Source: Pirellulales bacterium (GTDB lineage Bacteria; Planctomycetota; Planctomycetia; Pirellulales; JAICIG01). Taken from it: 64,000 nucleotides of DNA. The notes beneath the pieces are model-generated. The model saw only the letters and a list, made by a program, of their open reading frames with translations. It searched no databases and was not told the origin of the DNA. Positions within the stretch are counted from its first letter, which is position 1. Every line of letters begins with the position of its first letter. A program made the position numbers and the translations under genes. This document shows positions 36,074-46,501 of this stretch, piece after piece. The stretch lies in NCBI GenBank assembly GCA_040901675.1, contig JBBDYJ010000010.1, positions 44,211 through 108,210 of the forward strand, written 5' to 3'.

Positions 36074-37795
36074 ATGAGCATCCCCAGCCAACCCTGGTAC
36101 CGCGATCTGACTCGCTATCACTGGTTCGTGTTCGTCGTGGCCGCCCTGGGTTGGCTGTTCGACACGATGGACCAGCAACTGTTCAACCTGGCGCGCCGGC
36201 CGGCGATGACCGAGTTGATCGGCGGGGGGCCGAACCATCCCGACATCGACCGCTACGGCGGCTACGCGACCTCGATCTTCCTGGTGGGATGGGCCACGGG
36301 AGGCATCGGGTTCGGCGTCCTGGGCGACCGCATCGGCCGTGCCAAAACCATGATCTTGACCATCCTGGTTTACTCGATGTTCACCGGGCTCAGTGCTTTT
36401 TCCACAACGGTCTGGGATTTTTCCATCTACCGCTTCCTGACCGGCCTGGGCGTGGGGGGCGAGTTTGCCGTGGGCATCTCGCTGGTGGCCGAAGTGGTGT
36501 CCGAGCGCGCGAGGCCCTTCGCGCTGGGACTATTGCAGGCGCTTTCGGCGGTGGGCAACGTCACCGCGGCGGTGATCAGCCTCTCGCTGGGCCACCTCGA
36601 AGAAATCGGAGCCCTCGACGCCCTGAGTCTGCCGGGAATCGGCCGCGTCAGCGCCTGGCGGGTGATGTTCCTGGTGGGCACGCTGCCCGCTTTGCTGGCC
36701 GTGTTCATCCGGCGGCGGCTCAAAGAGCCCGAGCGCTGGCAAGCCACGGCCGCCCAGAGCGGCGCGGAGAAAAAACTCGGCTCCTACGCCGAGTTGTTCG
36801 GCAACCCCCGCTGGCGCCGCAACGCGATCGTCGGTCTGCTGCTCGCCTTTTCAGGCGTGGTGGGACTGTGGGGCATCGGCTTTTTCAGCATCGACTTGAA
36901 CCGCTCGGTGTTCCGCAAGACGTTCGAGAACGAGGCCCGCGAGCAGGGCCAGGCGGAGCTGGACCGCCAGTTCGTCCGCCTGGCCATCGCCTCGCCGGAC
37001 GAGCTGCCGGCTCTACGGTCGAAAGTCGAACCCAACCAACTGTTGAGCCCACTGCCCGTCCCCGTGCCTGGCAGCCGCGACGCGGAACGGCTCTTGAATG
37101 CGGCCCTGCAACTGGCCGACGAGGGGCGCTCTGTCAGCCCCGCCGCGGTGCTGGACCGGCTGGACGAAGGAAACCCCCAGGCCGGGCTTGAACCGCAAAC
37201 CGCCGCCGATCGCCGCCGCCGTGCCGAGTACCTGGCCGGCGACGCCGAGGCAAATGAATCGCTGCAAGCGCACGCGGACCGCATCGACACGCGGACCAAG
37301 AGGATCAACGGCCGGCTCACCTTCTGGGCGGCCATCACTTCGATCATGCTGAACATCGGCGCTTTCTTTGGCATCTACTCCTTCAGCCGTGTCACGCACC
37401 ACCTGGGCCGCAAGCCGACGTTCGCCATCTGTTTTGTGCTGGCCACGCTGAGCACGGGGCTGGTGTTCTGGTATCTGCGGGACGTGGTCGACGTGTTCTG
37501 GATGGTTCCCTTGATGGGATTCTGCCAGTTGTCGTTGTTTGGCGGCTACGCGATCTATTTCCCCGAGTTGTTCCCCACGCATTTGCGCAGCACCGGCATT
37601 TCGTTTTGCTACAACGTGGGGCGTTTGGTCGCGGCGGTCGGCCCATCCGCCTTAGGACTCCTGACCAGCGAGGTCTTTGCCGACAAGGACGAACCGATGC
37701 GTTACGCCGGGGTGGCGATGTGCAGCGTATTCCTGCTCGGCCTGCTGGCCCTCCCCTTTGCGCCCGAGACCAAGGGCCGTCCGCTGCCCGAGTAA
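36074..37795 (+). CDS. MFS transporter with large soluble insertion
   Basis: GWLFDTMD, GDRIGR, GVGGEF, YFPELFPTHLRSTG, PETKG. Confidence 0.92.
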   Translation: MSIPSQPWYRDLTRYHWFVFVVAALGWLFDTMDQQLFNLARRPAMTELIGGGPNHPDIDRYGGYATSIFLVGWATGGIGFGVLGDRIGRAKTMILTILVYSMFTGLSAFSTTVWDFSIYRFLTGLGVGGEFAVGISLVAEVVSERARPFALGLLQALSAVGNVTAAVISLSLGHLEEIGALDALSLPGIGRVSAWRVMFLVGTLPALLAVFIRRRLKEPERWQATAAQSGAEKKLGSYAELFGNPRWRRNAIVGLLLAFSGVVGLWGIGFFSIDLNRSVFRKTFENEAREQGQAELDRQFVRLAIASPDELPALRSKVEPNQLLSPLPVPVPGSRDAERLLNAALQLADEGRSVSPAAVLDRLDEGNPQAGLEPQTAADRRRRAEYLAGDAEANESLQAHADRIDTRTKRINGRLTFWAAITSIMLNIGAFFGIYSFSRVTHHLGRKPTFAICFVLATLSTGLVFWYLRDVVDVFWMVPLMGFCQLSLFGGYAIYFPELFPTHLRSTGISFCYNVGRLVAAVGPSALGLLTSEVFADKDEPMRYAGVAMCSVFLLGLLALPFAPETKGRPLPE

Positions 37796-37830
37796 GCCGG
37801 CCAGTGGGACGAGAGCCCCGAACTCCGGCG

Positions 37831-37895
37831 GTCGCAGGACTCGCCAGAGTTCTGGTTGCGTGGAAACCGGCCGGATTCTGGGCATCCTCCGACTT
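37831..37895. repeat. Degenerate copy of the GTAG-type REP doublet
   Basis: GCAGGACTCGCCAGAGTTCTGG matches 47571-47592. Confidence 0.7.
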
Positions 37896-38072
37896 CGGAC
37901 CCCGCTAGCTAGCCCGGCTGGGGGAAAAGGTTTCCGCCTTCCGCGGACGGCTTGGGGCCGCTAGAATGCCCCGCTTTTCCGCTTTGCGCCGAGCGGCCAG
38001 GGCGAGCTTGGGGATGGATCCCGGCTCCCAGCTTCGGCGGTGGCATGGACGCTACATCTTGGCAGGACGCCG

Positions 38073-40901
38073 ATGCCCGCACCGCCCAGCCATGCGCCAT
38101 CGCTATTGGCAGGCCCGCTGAATCTGGCCACTAGGGTGGTGCTGCGCTATCCGGCGGCCACGCTCAGCCTGGCCGTGGCGCTGACCGTGCTGTCGCTGGT
38201 CGTCACTTGCACCCGGCTGACGTACCGCACCAGCCGGCTCGACTTGCTCAATCCGCACAGCGACTACAACCGCCTGTGGATCGACTACATCAACGAGTTC
38301 GGCGACCAGGACGACGCCGTGGTGGTCGTCGAAGGCGCCAACCGCGAGCAGGTCGTGCCCGTGCTGGAGGAGATCTCCGGCCTGCTGGCTCGCGAAGACC
38401 AGTTGTTCCACGCGGTGCTGCACGGCGTGGATCTGGGGGCCATCCGGTCCAAGGGGCTGCACTACCTTTCGACCGAAGAGCTGCTGGGAATCGAGCGGTT
38501 CCTCAGCGAGGTGAGCCCAATCGTCGAGGGCAACTGGTCGCGGCTCAACTTGGGCCGCATGGCGCAGGCCATGTGCCAGCGGTTGGAAAAGGCAAACACC
38601 GGGGGCGGCGGCGAGGCCCTGGAGCAGGCCCGCAGTCAGGCACAGCGGTTGAGCCACAGCTTGTTCGGCGCGCTGGCCCAGGGCCGCAGGTACCACTCCC
38701 CCTGGCCGGAGATGCCGCAGTCGTTCGCCACCCTCAGCGAGCTGAACGCCGAGTACCTGTTGACCAAGGACGGCACGCTGGGCTTCGTGCTCTTGAGGCT
38801 GGCGGCGGGCGACGAGGGCTTCGCCCGCAATAGCCAGGCCACCGATGCGCTGCGCGAGCTGGTCGCTCAAGCGAATGCCCGGCACCCGGAGACCCGCGTC
38901 GGCCTGACCGGCCTGCCGATCATGGAAAACGACGAGATGCGGTCCAGCCAGACGTCGATGTACTGGGCCAGCCTGCTGTCGCTCTCCGCCGTGGCCTGCC
39001 TGTTCGTGGCCGGCTTCGGGGGAGTGCGGCATGCCCTGTTGGCAAACCTGGTGCTGTTGATGGGCATCGCCTGGTCGTTCGGATATCTGACCTTGGCGGT
39101 CGGCCACCTGAACATCCTCAGCATGTCGTTCACGGTCACGCTGATCGGCATCGGCATCGATTACGGCGTGTACTACGTGGCCCGCTATCTGCAGGTCCGC
39201 GCCCAGGCGGCCTCGACCAAAGAAGCGCTGCTGGCCACTACGGCAGGCATCGGCCCAGCCATCCTTACCGGGGCCATCACCACGGCCATCGCTTTTTTCG
39301 CCGCCGGCTTCACCGACTTCACCGGCATCGCCGAGCTGGGCATCATTGCCGGCGGCGGCATCCTGTTGTGCGCGCTAGCCGAGCTGATGGTGTTGCCGGC
39401 CGTGATCATGCTGGTCGACCAGGGCGGGCTGGCACAGCGGATACCCGAGCCGCTGGCCGTACACGCCTGGATCGCTCCCCTCTTCCAGAAGCCCCGCCTG
39501 TTGTTGGCTTCGACCATGCTGTTCACCGTCGTGGTTTCGCTGGGGACCGGCAGCTTGTGGTACGACCACAATCTCTTGAACTTGCAGGCGGTGGGCCTGG
39601 AAAGCGTCGAGCTGGAGCGCAAGCTGCTCGCTGAAGCCAATCAGAGCGTCTGGTATGCCCTGTCGATCGCCGACAGCCGCGAGGAGCTGCTGGCCCGCAA
39701 GGCGGCCCTGCTCCAGCTCGAGTCGGTCGAGCGCACGGAGGAAATCGTCTCGCTGCTGCCCGTCGACCATGCCGTCAAGCGGCCGATCATCGAACGCATC
39801 GGCCGGCGGCTGGCCGACTTGCCCGAGCGCCCTCCCTTGATCCCCGTCGACCGGCCCGATCACCTGGGCCGCGTCCTGGGGCAGGCGCAGGAGCTGTTGA
39901 CCGGCGAGGCGGCCAGCAACCGCGCCGAGCGCGAGCTGGAGCAGACACGCGATGCGCTGCGGAGGCTGAGCCTGGCCGACTGCTACACGCTGATCTCGCA
40001 GTTCCAGCAGCAGATGGCCGGCGACCTGTTGAGCCGCCTGTACGCGCTGCGGAGCATGGCCAATCCCGAGCCGCCCCAACTGACCGACCTGCCGGGCAGC
40101 CTGGTCGACCGCTTCGTGGGCCACAACGGCCGGCACCTGCTGAAGATCTACGGCCGCGGCAACATCTGGGACATGGAGGCCCTTTCGAAATTCGTCCACG
40201 AGGTCCGCAGCGTCGACCCCCGCGCCACCGGCAATCCACTGCAAGCGTATGAAGCCTCGCTGGACATGAAGTCGAGCTTCGAGGAGGCCGCCGGATACGC
40301 CCTGCTCGTGATCGTGGTCGTCCTGCTCATCGACCTGCGGAGTCTGCGCTACGCATTGCTGGCCGCGCTGCCCCTGGCGTTGGGCGTGCTGCAACTGTTC
40401 GGGCTGTTGGGCATCCTCGACATTCCGCTCAACCCGGCCAACATGATCGCCTTGCCATTGATCCTGGGGATTGGCATTGACTACGGAGTCCACATCATCC
40501 ACGAGTACCGCGACCAGCAGGGCCGATACCGTATGTCGCCCGCGACGGCGGTTGCCGTGCTGGTCGACGCCCTGACCACGATCGTGGGTTTTGGTTCGCT
40601 GATGATCGCCAGCCACCAGGGGCTTGAGAGCCTGGGCCGCGTGCTGACTATCGGGGTGACGTGTTGCCTGTTCACGTCGCTGATCATGCTGCCCGCGCTA
40701 TTGACCTGGATGTCGTGGCATCGGCGCGGCGAGCCGGCCGAGGCCGCGCCGGGGCATGCCGCGCCCCGGCACCGCGCGGGGCGGCGGTTCGACCGGGCCG
40801 GCCACCCCGGCCATGGGCCGCACCGCTCGCCTGCGGGCGCCCGCCCGCCCGTCCACGCCCCGGCCGATGGGGGCGCGCGCGAAGGCCACCTTGGCGAGTA
40901 G
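38073..40901 (+). CDS. MMPL/RND family transporter (HpnN-like)
   Basis: TSRLDLL, VGHLNILS, GIGIDYGV twice, FTDFTGIAELGIIAGGG, ASHQGLESLG. Confidence 0.88.
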   Translation: MPAPPSHAPSLLAGPLNLATRVVLRYPAATLSLAVALTVLSLVVTCTRLTYRTSRLDLLNPHSDYNRLWIDYINEFGDQDDAVVVVEGANREQVVPVLEEISGLLAREDQLFHAVLHGVDLGAIRSKGLHYLSTEELLGIERFLSEVSPIVEGNWSRLNLGRMAQAMCQRLEKANTGGGGEALEQARSQAQRLSHSLFGALAQGRRYHSPWPEMPQSFATLSELNAEYLLTKDGTLGFVLLRLAAGDEGFARNSQATDALRELVAQANARHPETRVGLTGLPIMENDEMRSSQTSMYWASLLSLSAVACLFVAGFGGVRHALLANLVLLMGIAWSFGYLTLAVGHLNILSMSFTVTLIGIGIDYGVYYVARYLQVRAQAASTKEALLATTAGIGPAILTGAITTAIAFFAAGFTDFTGIAELGIIAGGGILLCALAELMVLPAVIMLVDQGGLAQRIPEPLAVHAWIAPLFQKPRLLLASTMLFTVVVSLGTGSLWYDHNLLNLQAVGLESVELERKLLAEANQSVWYALSIADSREELLARKAALLQLESVERTEEIVSLLPVDHAVKRPIIERIGRRLADLPERPPLIPVDRPDHLGRVLGQAQELLTGEAASNRAERELEQTRDALRRLSLADCYTLISQFQQQMAGDLLSRLYALRSMANPEPPQLTDLPGSLVDRFVGHNGRHLLKIYGRGNIWDMEALSKFVHEVRSVDPRATGNPLQAYEASLDMKSSFEEAAGYALLVIVVVLLIDLRSLRYALLAALPLALGVLQLFGLLGILDIPLNPANMIALPLILGIGIDYGVHIIHEYRDQQGRYRMSPATAVAVLVDALTTIVGFGSLMIASHQGLESLGRVLTIGVTCCLFTSLIMLPALLTWMSWHRRGEPAEAAPGHAAPRHRAGRRFDRAGHPGHGPHRSPAGARPPVHAPADGGAREGHLGE

Positions 40902-40940
40902 GCCGGCGCCTTGATGAGGGCATCGGAAGCTCTTTGTCTG

Positions 40941-41060
40941 GACTTGGGTCTTGGTACTTGGGTCTTGGGCCTTTGGTCTTTGGTCTTGGTCGAGCTTCGC
41001 GACGAAGGTGAACCACGAAGGACACGACCTTTCGACAAGCTCAAGGCAGGGACGGACGAA
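40941..41060. repeat. Heptamer run (CTTGGGT/CTTTGGT) plus a TTCGACAAGCTCAAGGCAGGGACGGACGAAG element
   Basis: GACTTGGGTCTTGGTACTTGGGTCTTGGGCCTTTGGTCTTTGGTCTTGG; element at ~41028-41061 matches window start. Confidence 0.8.
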
Positions 41061-41370
41061 GATGGCCACGAAAAGGCACAAACAGAGAACGAGGAGACTG
41101 GATCGGCGGGATGGACGGGAAGGTGAAGGGGTGTTGACGCAACCCGCCGCTAGACTGCATGAACGATGAGGGGCAACCGTCGAGCGCCTTTCCTCGTACG
41201 ACGCGGCACTGGCCCTCTGCCATCACGCCAGTGTCGGCATTCCGCGGCTCGATCCGCATTCCGCAGGCCGATAGATGGCCCCCATTGGCCCGCGAAACTG
41301 GCTCCCTATCAAGCCGGGATCGACATGGACGTCCTGTTCGACGCATCGGTCGATGTGACCGATGCGCGCT

Positions 41371-41472
41371 ACCTGACGATAAAGGTCAGCGACGGGAGCC
41401 AGCCGCCGATGACGTTCGATTCGTCTCCGAACCAATCGGCTGGCTCCCGTTCGCTGGACCGCTTGGTTCGGC
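41371..41472 (-). mobile_element. attC-like recombination site of a lone integron-type gene cassette
   Basis: Minus strand GCCGAAC-CAAGCGGTCCAGCGAACGGGAGCCAGCCG..CGGCTGGCTCCCGTCGCTGACCTTTATC-GTCAGGT: long imperfect palindrome with unpaired bases and R''/R' boxes (R' degenerate, GTC). Confidence 0.7.
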
Positions 41473-42489
41473 TCCTGTCTTCGCACACGCCGCGTCTTCC
41501 GCAGGGTAGTCAAATCGGAAATGGTCAACCTGAGCCGGCAGATGTGCGTACTCCCAAGCAACTGTCCGCCGCAGAGCCTCATCAATAGGAATGCTGTCCT
41601 CGTATGCGAGTTCCTTTCGTATCCGGCTTGTGTCGGCAACCAAATGATGCCTCCAATCATACGGGGCTGCCAAATGCGCCGGAAGCGCGGCCCCGGAAAT
41701 CACTCTGATGCTGCCTATCCAGCCCGCAACGTTGCCAATCCGCTCAACCCACTCAGTCTCCGTGAATGCCTCTTTGTCTCCAACGTTGTAGATGCGACGT
41801 TCCGCCCGGTCATCCGTGACGGCCCGCGCGACTGCCGCCGCCACGTTCTCCACATAACCTCGTGTCCACCGCCACCGCGCCCTCCCTTCCTCCAACAAGA
41901 TAATGGGACGCTTGTCAATCATGCGTTTGAGGAACTCGAACAAACGATGCTGTGGGTCTCCCGGTCCATACACCTGAGGCAGCCGCAAGACGGTGCCGGG
42001 CAGCATAGCGTCGCCCATCACCGTCTGCTCAACCAAAATCTTCTCGTAGTTGTAGGCCAAATCCGACGCCAGTTGAGCGGATGCACGGTATGGATACAAT
42101 GCGCTGCGAAGCGGTGCCTCCTCAGTAAAAGGGTGCAGGTCAGGCGGACCATCTTCCAAACGGGAAAAACGCCCGTAAGCGCGGTAAACATCCATGCTGC
42201 TCACAGCCACGACGCGGCGCGCCATACCGCGAAATGTCTGCATGAGAAGCGCGGCCTCTTGCTCCACATACGGAAACATGTCCAGAACTACGTCGGGGCC
42301 GAAGCCCGCGAACTCTGAGGTGAAAGTCGTCAGATTCTGGCGGTCGCCATGAATGTGCGACACAGCCGAGGACAAATCCGCCGCGGTGTGACCTCGATGG
42401 AAAAGGGCAACGGTATGCCCTTGGCCGGCGAGGTGTCGCACAACCCACGGTCCGATGAATCCCGTGCCGCCAATAACGAGAACACGCAT
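41386..42489 (-). CDS. NAD-dependent epimerase/dehydratase family protein (lower GC, cassette-like)
   Basis: GGTGFIG, SSMDVY, YEKILVE, LRLPQVYGPGD, YVENVAAA. Confidence 0.9.
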   Translation of the reverse strand: MRVLVIGGTGFIGPWVVRHLAGQGHTVALFHRGHTAADLSSAVSHIHGDRQNLTTFTSEFAGFGPDVVLDMFPYVEQEAALLMQTFRGMARRVVAVSSMDVYRAYGRFSRLEDGPPDLHPFTEEAPLRSALYPYRASAQLASDLAYNYEKILVEQTVMGDAMLPGTVLRLPQVYGPGDPQHRLFEFLKRMIDKRPIILLEEGRARWRWTRGYVENVAAAVARAVTDDRAERRIYNVGDKEAFTETEWVERIGNVAGWIGSIRVISGAALPAHLAAPYDWRHHLVADTSRIRKELAYEDSIPIDEALRRTVAWEYAHLPAQVDHFRFDYPAEDAACAKTGAEPSGPANGSQPIGSETNRTSSAAGSRR

Positions 42490-42723
42490 TTTCTTCGATG
42501 CTACTTACGACGCACAACAGCCGAACTTGTTTTTAGATTGATCCGTGTATTAAATTAACTGTAGGCAGCAAGTTTGCAGCCTCACGCGGGCGAGCCGATT
42601 GTCGCAAGTTGAATTGTAGTCGTCGGTTGCTCGTTTGTCATGCGATTTCCCGCGTGATAGGCCGCTGCCATCGAGCGCTCATCGGGCCGGCGAGCCAAGA
42701 CATCGGCTGGGCTGCAAACGCCC

Positions 42724-43180
42724 CGCCCGCCCTCCGGGCGGAAAAAGAATAGGATGAGACCCGTCACCAGGGACTGAAGTCCCTGGCAAGTATCGCCCGC
42801 CCTCCGGGCGATGAAGACACGGAGGAAGTTCCAAAGCCGGACGTGTGAGCCCAGGCCACCCGCGGCCGGGACGCGCCGGCGGCAGACCACTCGCGGAGCG
42901 AGTGGATCCCATCAAGGACCGATGCTGAGACATCGGTCTACGAGAGTTTTTTGGGGACCGTTCCCAGGGCGTTGCCCTGGGCTGGTATGTTGCGCCCCTG
43001 CGGGGCAGACGGCCGCATGAATGCGGATCACTACAAACCTTCTGACCCATGACGCCTTCCTCCCGCGAGAGGGAGACGGCAGAACTCGGGCGAGCCCTGG
43101 TCGGAACGAGCTGCCTCACGCGGAGCGTGAGGGCTACTGTACAGGCGGACTCGCAGAAGAAGGACCGATGCTGAGACATC
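42724..43180. repeat. Mosaic of several REP-like palindromes with a 21-bp direct repeat
   Basis: CGCCCGCCCTCCGGGCG x2, CCAGGGACTGAAGTCCCTGG, CCACTCGCGGAGCGAGTGG, CCCAGGGCGTTGCCCTGGG, CCTCACGCGGAGCGTGAGG; AAGGACCGATGCTGAGACATC at 42914 and 43160. Confidence 0.85.
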
Positions 43181-43210
43181 AGGAGTTGCGGATTCTCCGC
43201 GGCTTTCCGG

Positions 43211-44788
43211 TCATTCGGGCATCGGCTTGCCGCGGGTCTCGGGCGCGAACCAGATCAGCACCATGCCTACCACGTAAATCAGGGCGGTCACGGAACAGGC
43301 TTTCGGATAGCTGTCATGGAAGACGTTGGCCATCAGGTTGCCGGTCTGCAAGGCGCCGACGGCCGCCAGGATCCGCCCGAAGTTGAAGCTGAAGCCTTGC
43401 CCGGTGGCCCGGATGCGCGTGGGAAACAGCTCCGGCAGGTATAAGGGCAGCCAACCGTAGAACGAAGCCGTGCACATCCCGGCCACGAACACCGAGCCCA
43501 AAAACATCGGCCCATAATGGTCGTTCCACTGAAACAGGAACATGGACGAAGCCAGTGCGAGAACGCACAGAATGAAGTAGCTGATCCGCCGCCCGAACCA
43601 ATTGCCCATCGTGGCCGCCGCGATAGTGCCGATGATGGCGCCGATGCTGGACCAGATCTGCGTGTACGCCTTGGCTTCGGGCACCTTCCCCCCAGTGAGT
43701 TGGTCGGCCCAGGGGGTGGCCCACTGCAGCGAGCCCCAAGTGCCCAACAGGGCCACGCCGCCCAATCCGGCGCCCAGCAGCATCCGCCGCAGCGTGGGGG
43801 CCCATTCGGCGGATAGGCTGGCATGGGCCCGGCCCGAGCGCTGGAGATAGCGGCTGACCGGATACGTGTAGCCGACCACGGCGGCCGCCAGCCCGGCTAC
43901 GGTGACGACGATCTGGATTGCCAGCATGTTGTCGCGGGCCCAGGCCGCCGTTGCCCAATGATCGCCCGACCAGACATAGATGATCGCGCAGGCCGCGCCG
44001 GTTCCGGCCAGGACCGCCAACAGGTCGCGGGCGGCCCAGTGCGAAGTGGCTCCGCGGGCGTGTTCCTTCTGCCAACGTTCGGACTCGGGCACAAAGAGCC
44101 GGATAAAGAAGGTGAGCACCGCCGGCCCCGCGCCCAACAGCATCAGGATCCGCCATCCCGAATAGGCAAACAGCGACTCGACCCATTCTTGTTTCAGCCC
44201 CGTAGCCGATACCCAATCATGGAGCGTGTCCAGAAACGTCGCCAGGCCCAGGCCAACCAGGGCGATCGACAGGAAGCCGATATTAGCGGCCGCTCCGATC
44301 AGCCCCGCGAGAAAGCCGCGTGAGCGGTTGGGCCAGATCTCCATCACCAGGGCCACGCCGAGCGACCACTCGCCCCCCATGCCCAGCGCCGATATGAAGC
44401 GGAATATGGCCACCTGCTCGGCCGTGCCGGCCACACCGCACAGGCCGGTGAAGACCGCGTACGTGAACACGCTGAGCATCATGGCGCGGACGCGGCCGAT
44501 GCGATCGCCCAACCAGCCGAACAACACGCCGCCCGTGGCGGCGCCGACGAGAAAACCGGCCGTGATCACGCCGATCCACCGGCCGACGTTGGCGGTAGAC
44601 GGCAACAGGTCGAGCAAGGCCGGCCTGGCGACCAGGGGAAACAGGCCCATCTCCAAGCCGTCGAACATCCAGCCCAAGAGGGCGGCCGTGAGGGCCATCC
44701 ACTGCCCGCGGGTGATCGGCTCGCGTTTGCCGGGTTCGGACGGCAAGGCGGGCGCCGCTTCTTTGGGTGTTTGCTCGTTGGCCGCCAT
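43211..44788 (-). CDS. MFS transporter (two extra central TM helices)
   Basis: GWMFDGLE, GDRIGR, GMGGEW, YLPELFPTRIRATG, PETRG. Confidence 0.92.
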   Translation of the reverse strand: MAANEQTPKEAAPALPSEPGKREPITRGQWMALTAALLGWMFDGLEMGLFPLVARPALLDLLPSTANVGRWIGVITAGFLVGAATGGVLFGWLGDRIGRVRAMMLSVFTYAVFTGLCGVAGTAEQVAIFRFISALGMGGEWSLGVALVMEIWPNRSRGFLAGLIGAAANIGFLSIALVGLGLATFLDTLHDWVSATGLKQEWVESLFAYSGWRILMLLGAGPAVLTFFIRLFVPESERWQKEHARGATSHWAARDLLAVLAGTGAACAIIYVWSGDHWATAAWARDNMLAIQIVVTVAGLAAAVVGYTYPVSRYLQRSGRAHASLSAEWAPTLRRMLLGAGLGGVALLGTWGSLQWATPWADQLTGGKVPEAKAYTQIWSSIGAIIGTIAAATMGNWFGRRISYFILCVLALASSMFLFQWNDHYGPMFLGSVFVAGMCTASFYGWLPLYLPELFPTRIRATGQGFSFNFGRILAAVGALQTGNLMANVFHDSYPKACSVTALIYVVGMVLIWFAPETRGKPMPE

Positions 44789-44879
44789 GGCTTTCCCTTT
44801 TGCCCCGGTTGTATGTTCAATGAACCTGTACAGCCGGCGGCGGTAACTCGCGCCGGCACGTGCCTCTGGCCGGCTTGGC

Positions 44880-46346
44880 CTATTCGTGCAGCTCCTCGCG
44901 CGCCGGTTCGGGCAGCCAGTAGGTGACGATCGATCCGACCAGGTAGACTCCAAATGCGACGGCCGCACACGCGTAGGCCAGCCGGTGCCCCGACATGCCC
45001 GGCATGTACGGTGCCAACTGCGTGGCCCAGACCGCGGCCGAAGTGCCGATCATCCTGCCGCCCACGTTGGCGGCAAAGCTCTCGCCCGTTCCGCGCAGAT
45101 AGACCGGGTAAACGCGCGGCAGGTAATTGCCCCAAAAGCTGAACTGCGCGATGGTGAACAGGCCGGCCAGAAAAATGCCCCATTTCAACAGTCCCAGGTC
45201 GCTCGTGGCCGGATAGATCAAGACCAGCGGGATAATCACCAGGCCGGGCAGTTGGAACATCCACAACAGCTTCCGCCGGCTGACGACCCACATCGCCAAG
45301 ACGGCCAGGAGGAATCGTCCGGTCAAGCCGCCGACCTCCTGCCACTTCTGCACCGAGCTGCGCTCGCGGCCGATCGGCTTGCCCGCGTCGTCCAGTTGTT
45401 TGCGCAGTTGGGCGATGCGCTGATCGCGGACGGTCCGCTCGGCGGTGCCGGCCGGTTGCTGGGGCTGGCTGAGCGCGGCCTCCAGTTGTTTTTTCAGTTC
45501 CGCCTGGCGCTCAACGTGCGGCCGCAGCTCGGGCAGCGTTTGGACGATCTGTGCCGGCACGAGCTGGATCGCGCCGAAGGCGGCGCCGAAGCCACAGGCG
45601 AACAGGACCGTGGTGGTCAGCGTGGTGCGGCGCAACGAGGGCCGGAAGAGCTCCGCGAAACTGGGCCGCTTGAGCGTACCGGCGGCCTTTTTCCGCTGCC
45701 AGGCGGGCGACTCGGGCAGGAAGGGCCGGATCAGCATGAGCGGAATGGCGGGCAGCACGCCCGACAGCAGCGTGTATCGCCAGGCCGAGTGCCCGCCGAA
45801 AATAGGCGGCAATTCCGTGGCGTGCTGGACGATCCAGCCGTAGACAATCGCCACCAGCAGACCGCCGAACGACGAAAAGACCTGCGTCGATCCCAAGACC
45901 ATCTCGCGCTGGCGCGGGTTGGGAAACAACTCGGCCAGCCAGGCGACCGCCGCCACGAACTCGATGCAGACACCCATGAACGTGGTGCAGCGCAGCACCA
46001 GAAACATCATGGGCGACGTGCTGAAGGCGGCCGCGCAGGCCGAAAACGCGTACAAGAGAATACTGAGCACCAGCACGCGGCGGCGTCCGTAGCGGTCGGT
46101 GAGATAGCCGCCCACCAGTCCGAACCCGCCGCCGGCAAGCGCGCTGGCCCAGAAGATATAGCCGATCCACTCTCTGATCACCGGAGCATCGGGCGACACG
46201 TCCATCAGCTCGGCCAGGGCCGAAGCGGCCACCAGCGGCAGCATCAACAATTCATAGGTGTCGAACAGGAACCCGATCGCCGCCACGAAGATCACCAGCC
46301 AATGCGTGATGGTAAGTTTTTGCGGGGCGGGTTCGGCGGAGCTCAT
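44880..46346 (-). CDS. MFS transporter (charged helical insertion)
   Basis: GFLFDTYE, TDRYGRR, ELFP, YLPRVYPVYLRGTG. Confidence 0.92.
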   Translation of the reverse strand: MSSAEPAPQKLTITHWLVIFVAAIGFLFDTYELLMLPLVAASALAELMDVSPDAPVIREWIGYIFWASALAGGGFGLVGGYLTDRYGRRRVLVLSILLYAFSACAAAFSTSPMMFLVLRCTTFMGVCIEFVAAVAWLAELFPNPRQREMVLGSTQVFSSFGGLLVAIVYGWIVQHATELPPIFGGHSAWRYTLLSGVLPAIPLMLIRPFLPESPAWQRKKAAGTLKRPSFAELFRPSLRRTTLTTTVLFACGFGAAFGAIQLVPAQIVQTLPELRPHVERQAELKKQLEAALSQPQQPAGTAERTVRDQRIAQLRKQLDDAGKPIGRERSSVQKWQEVGGLTGRFLLAVLAMWVVSRRKLLWMFQLPGLVIIPLVLIYPATSDLGLLKWGIFLAGLFTIAQFSFWGNYLPRVYPVYLRGTGESFAANVGGRMIGTSAAVWATQLAPYMPGMSGHRLAYACAAVAFGVYLVGSIVTYWLPEPAREELHE

Positions 46347-46501
46347 CGGCGGTATCCAGGTGTGATTGCGGCGGGAAAAAGGCGGGTCGGCGGGTCAATC
46401 AAGGCACTGGGCGCCAGGGCGCGTCGGCTGGTGGCGGCCTACCGGCCGGCGCGAACAGGGCAAGCATAACAGGCGGGCGGGGCGGGTGCCAGTTGGCGAG
46501 C

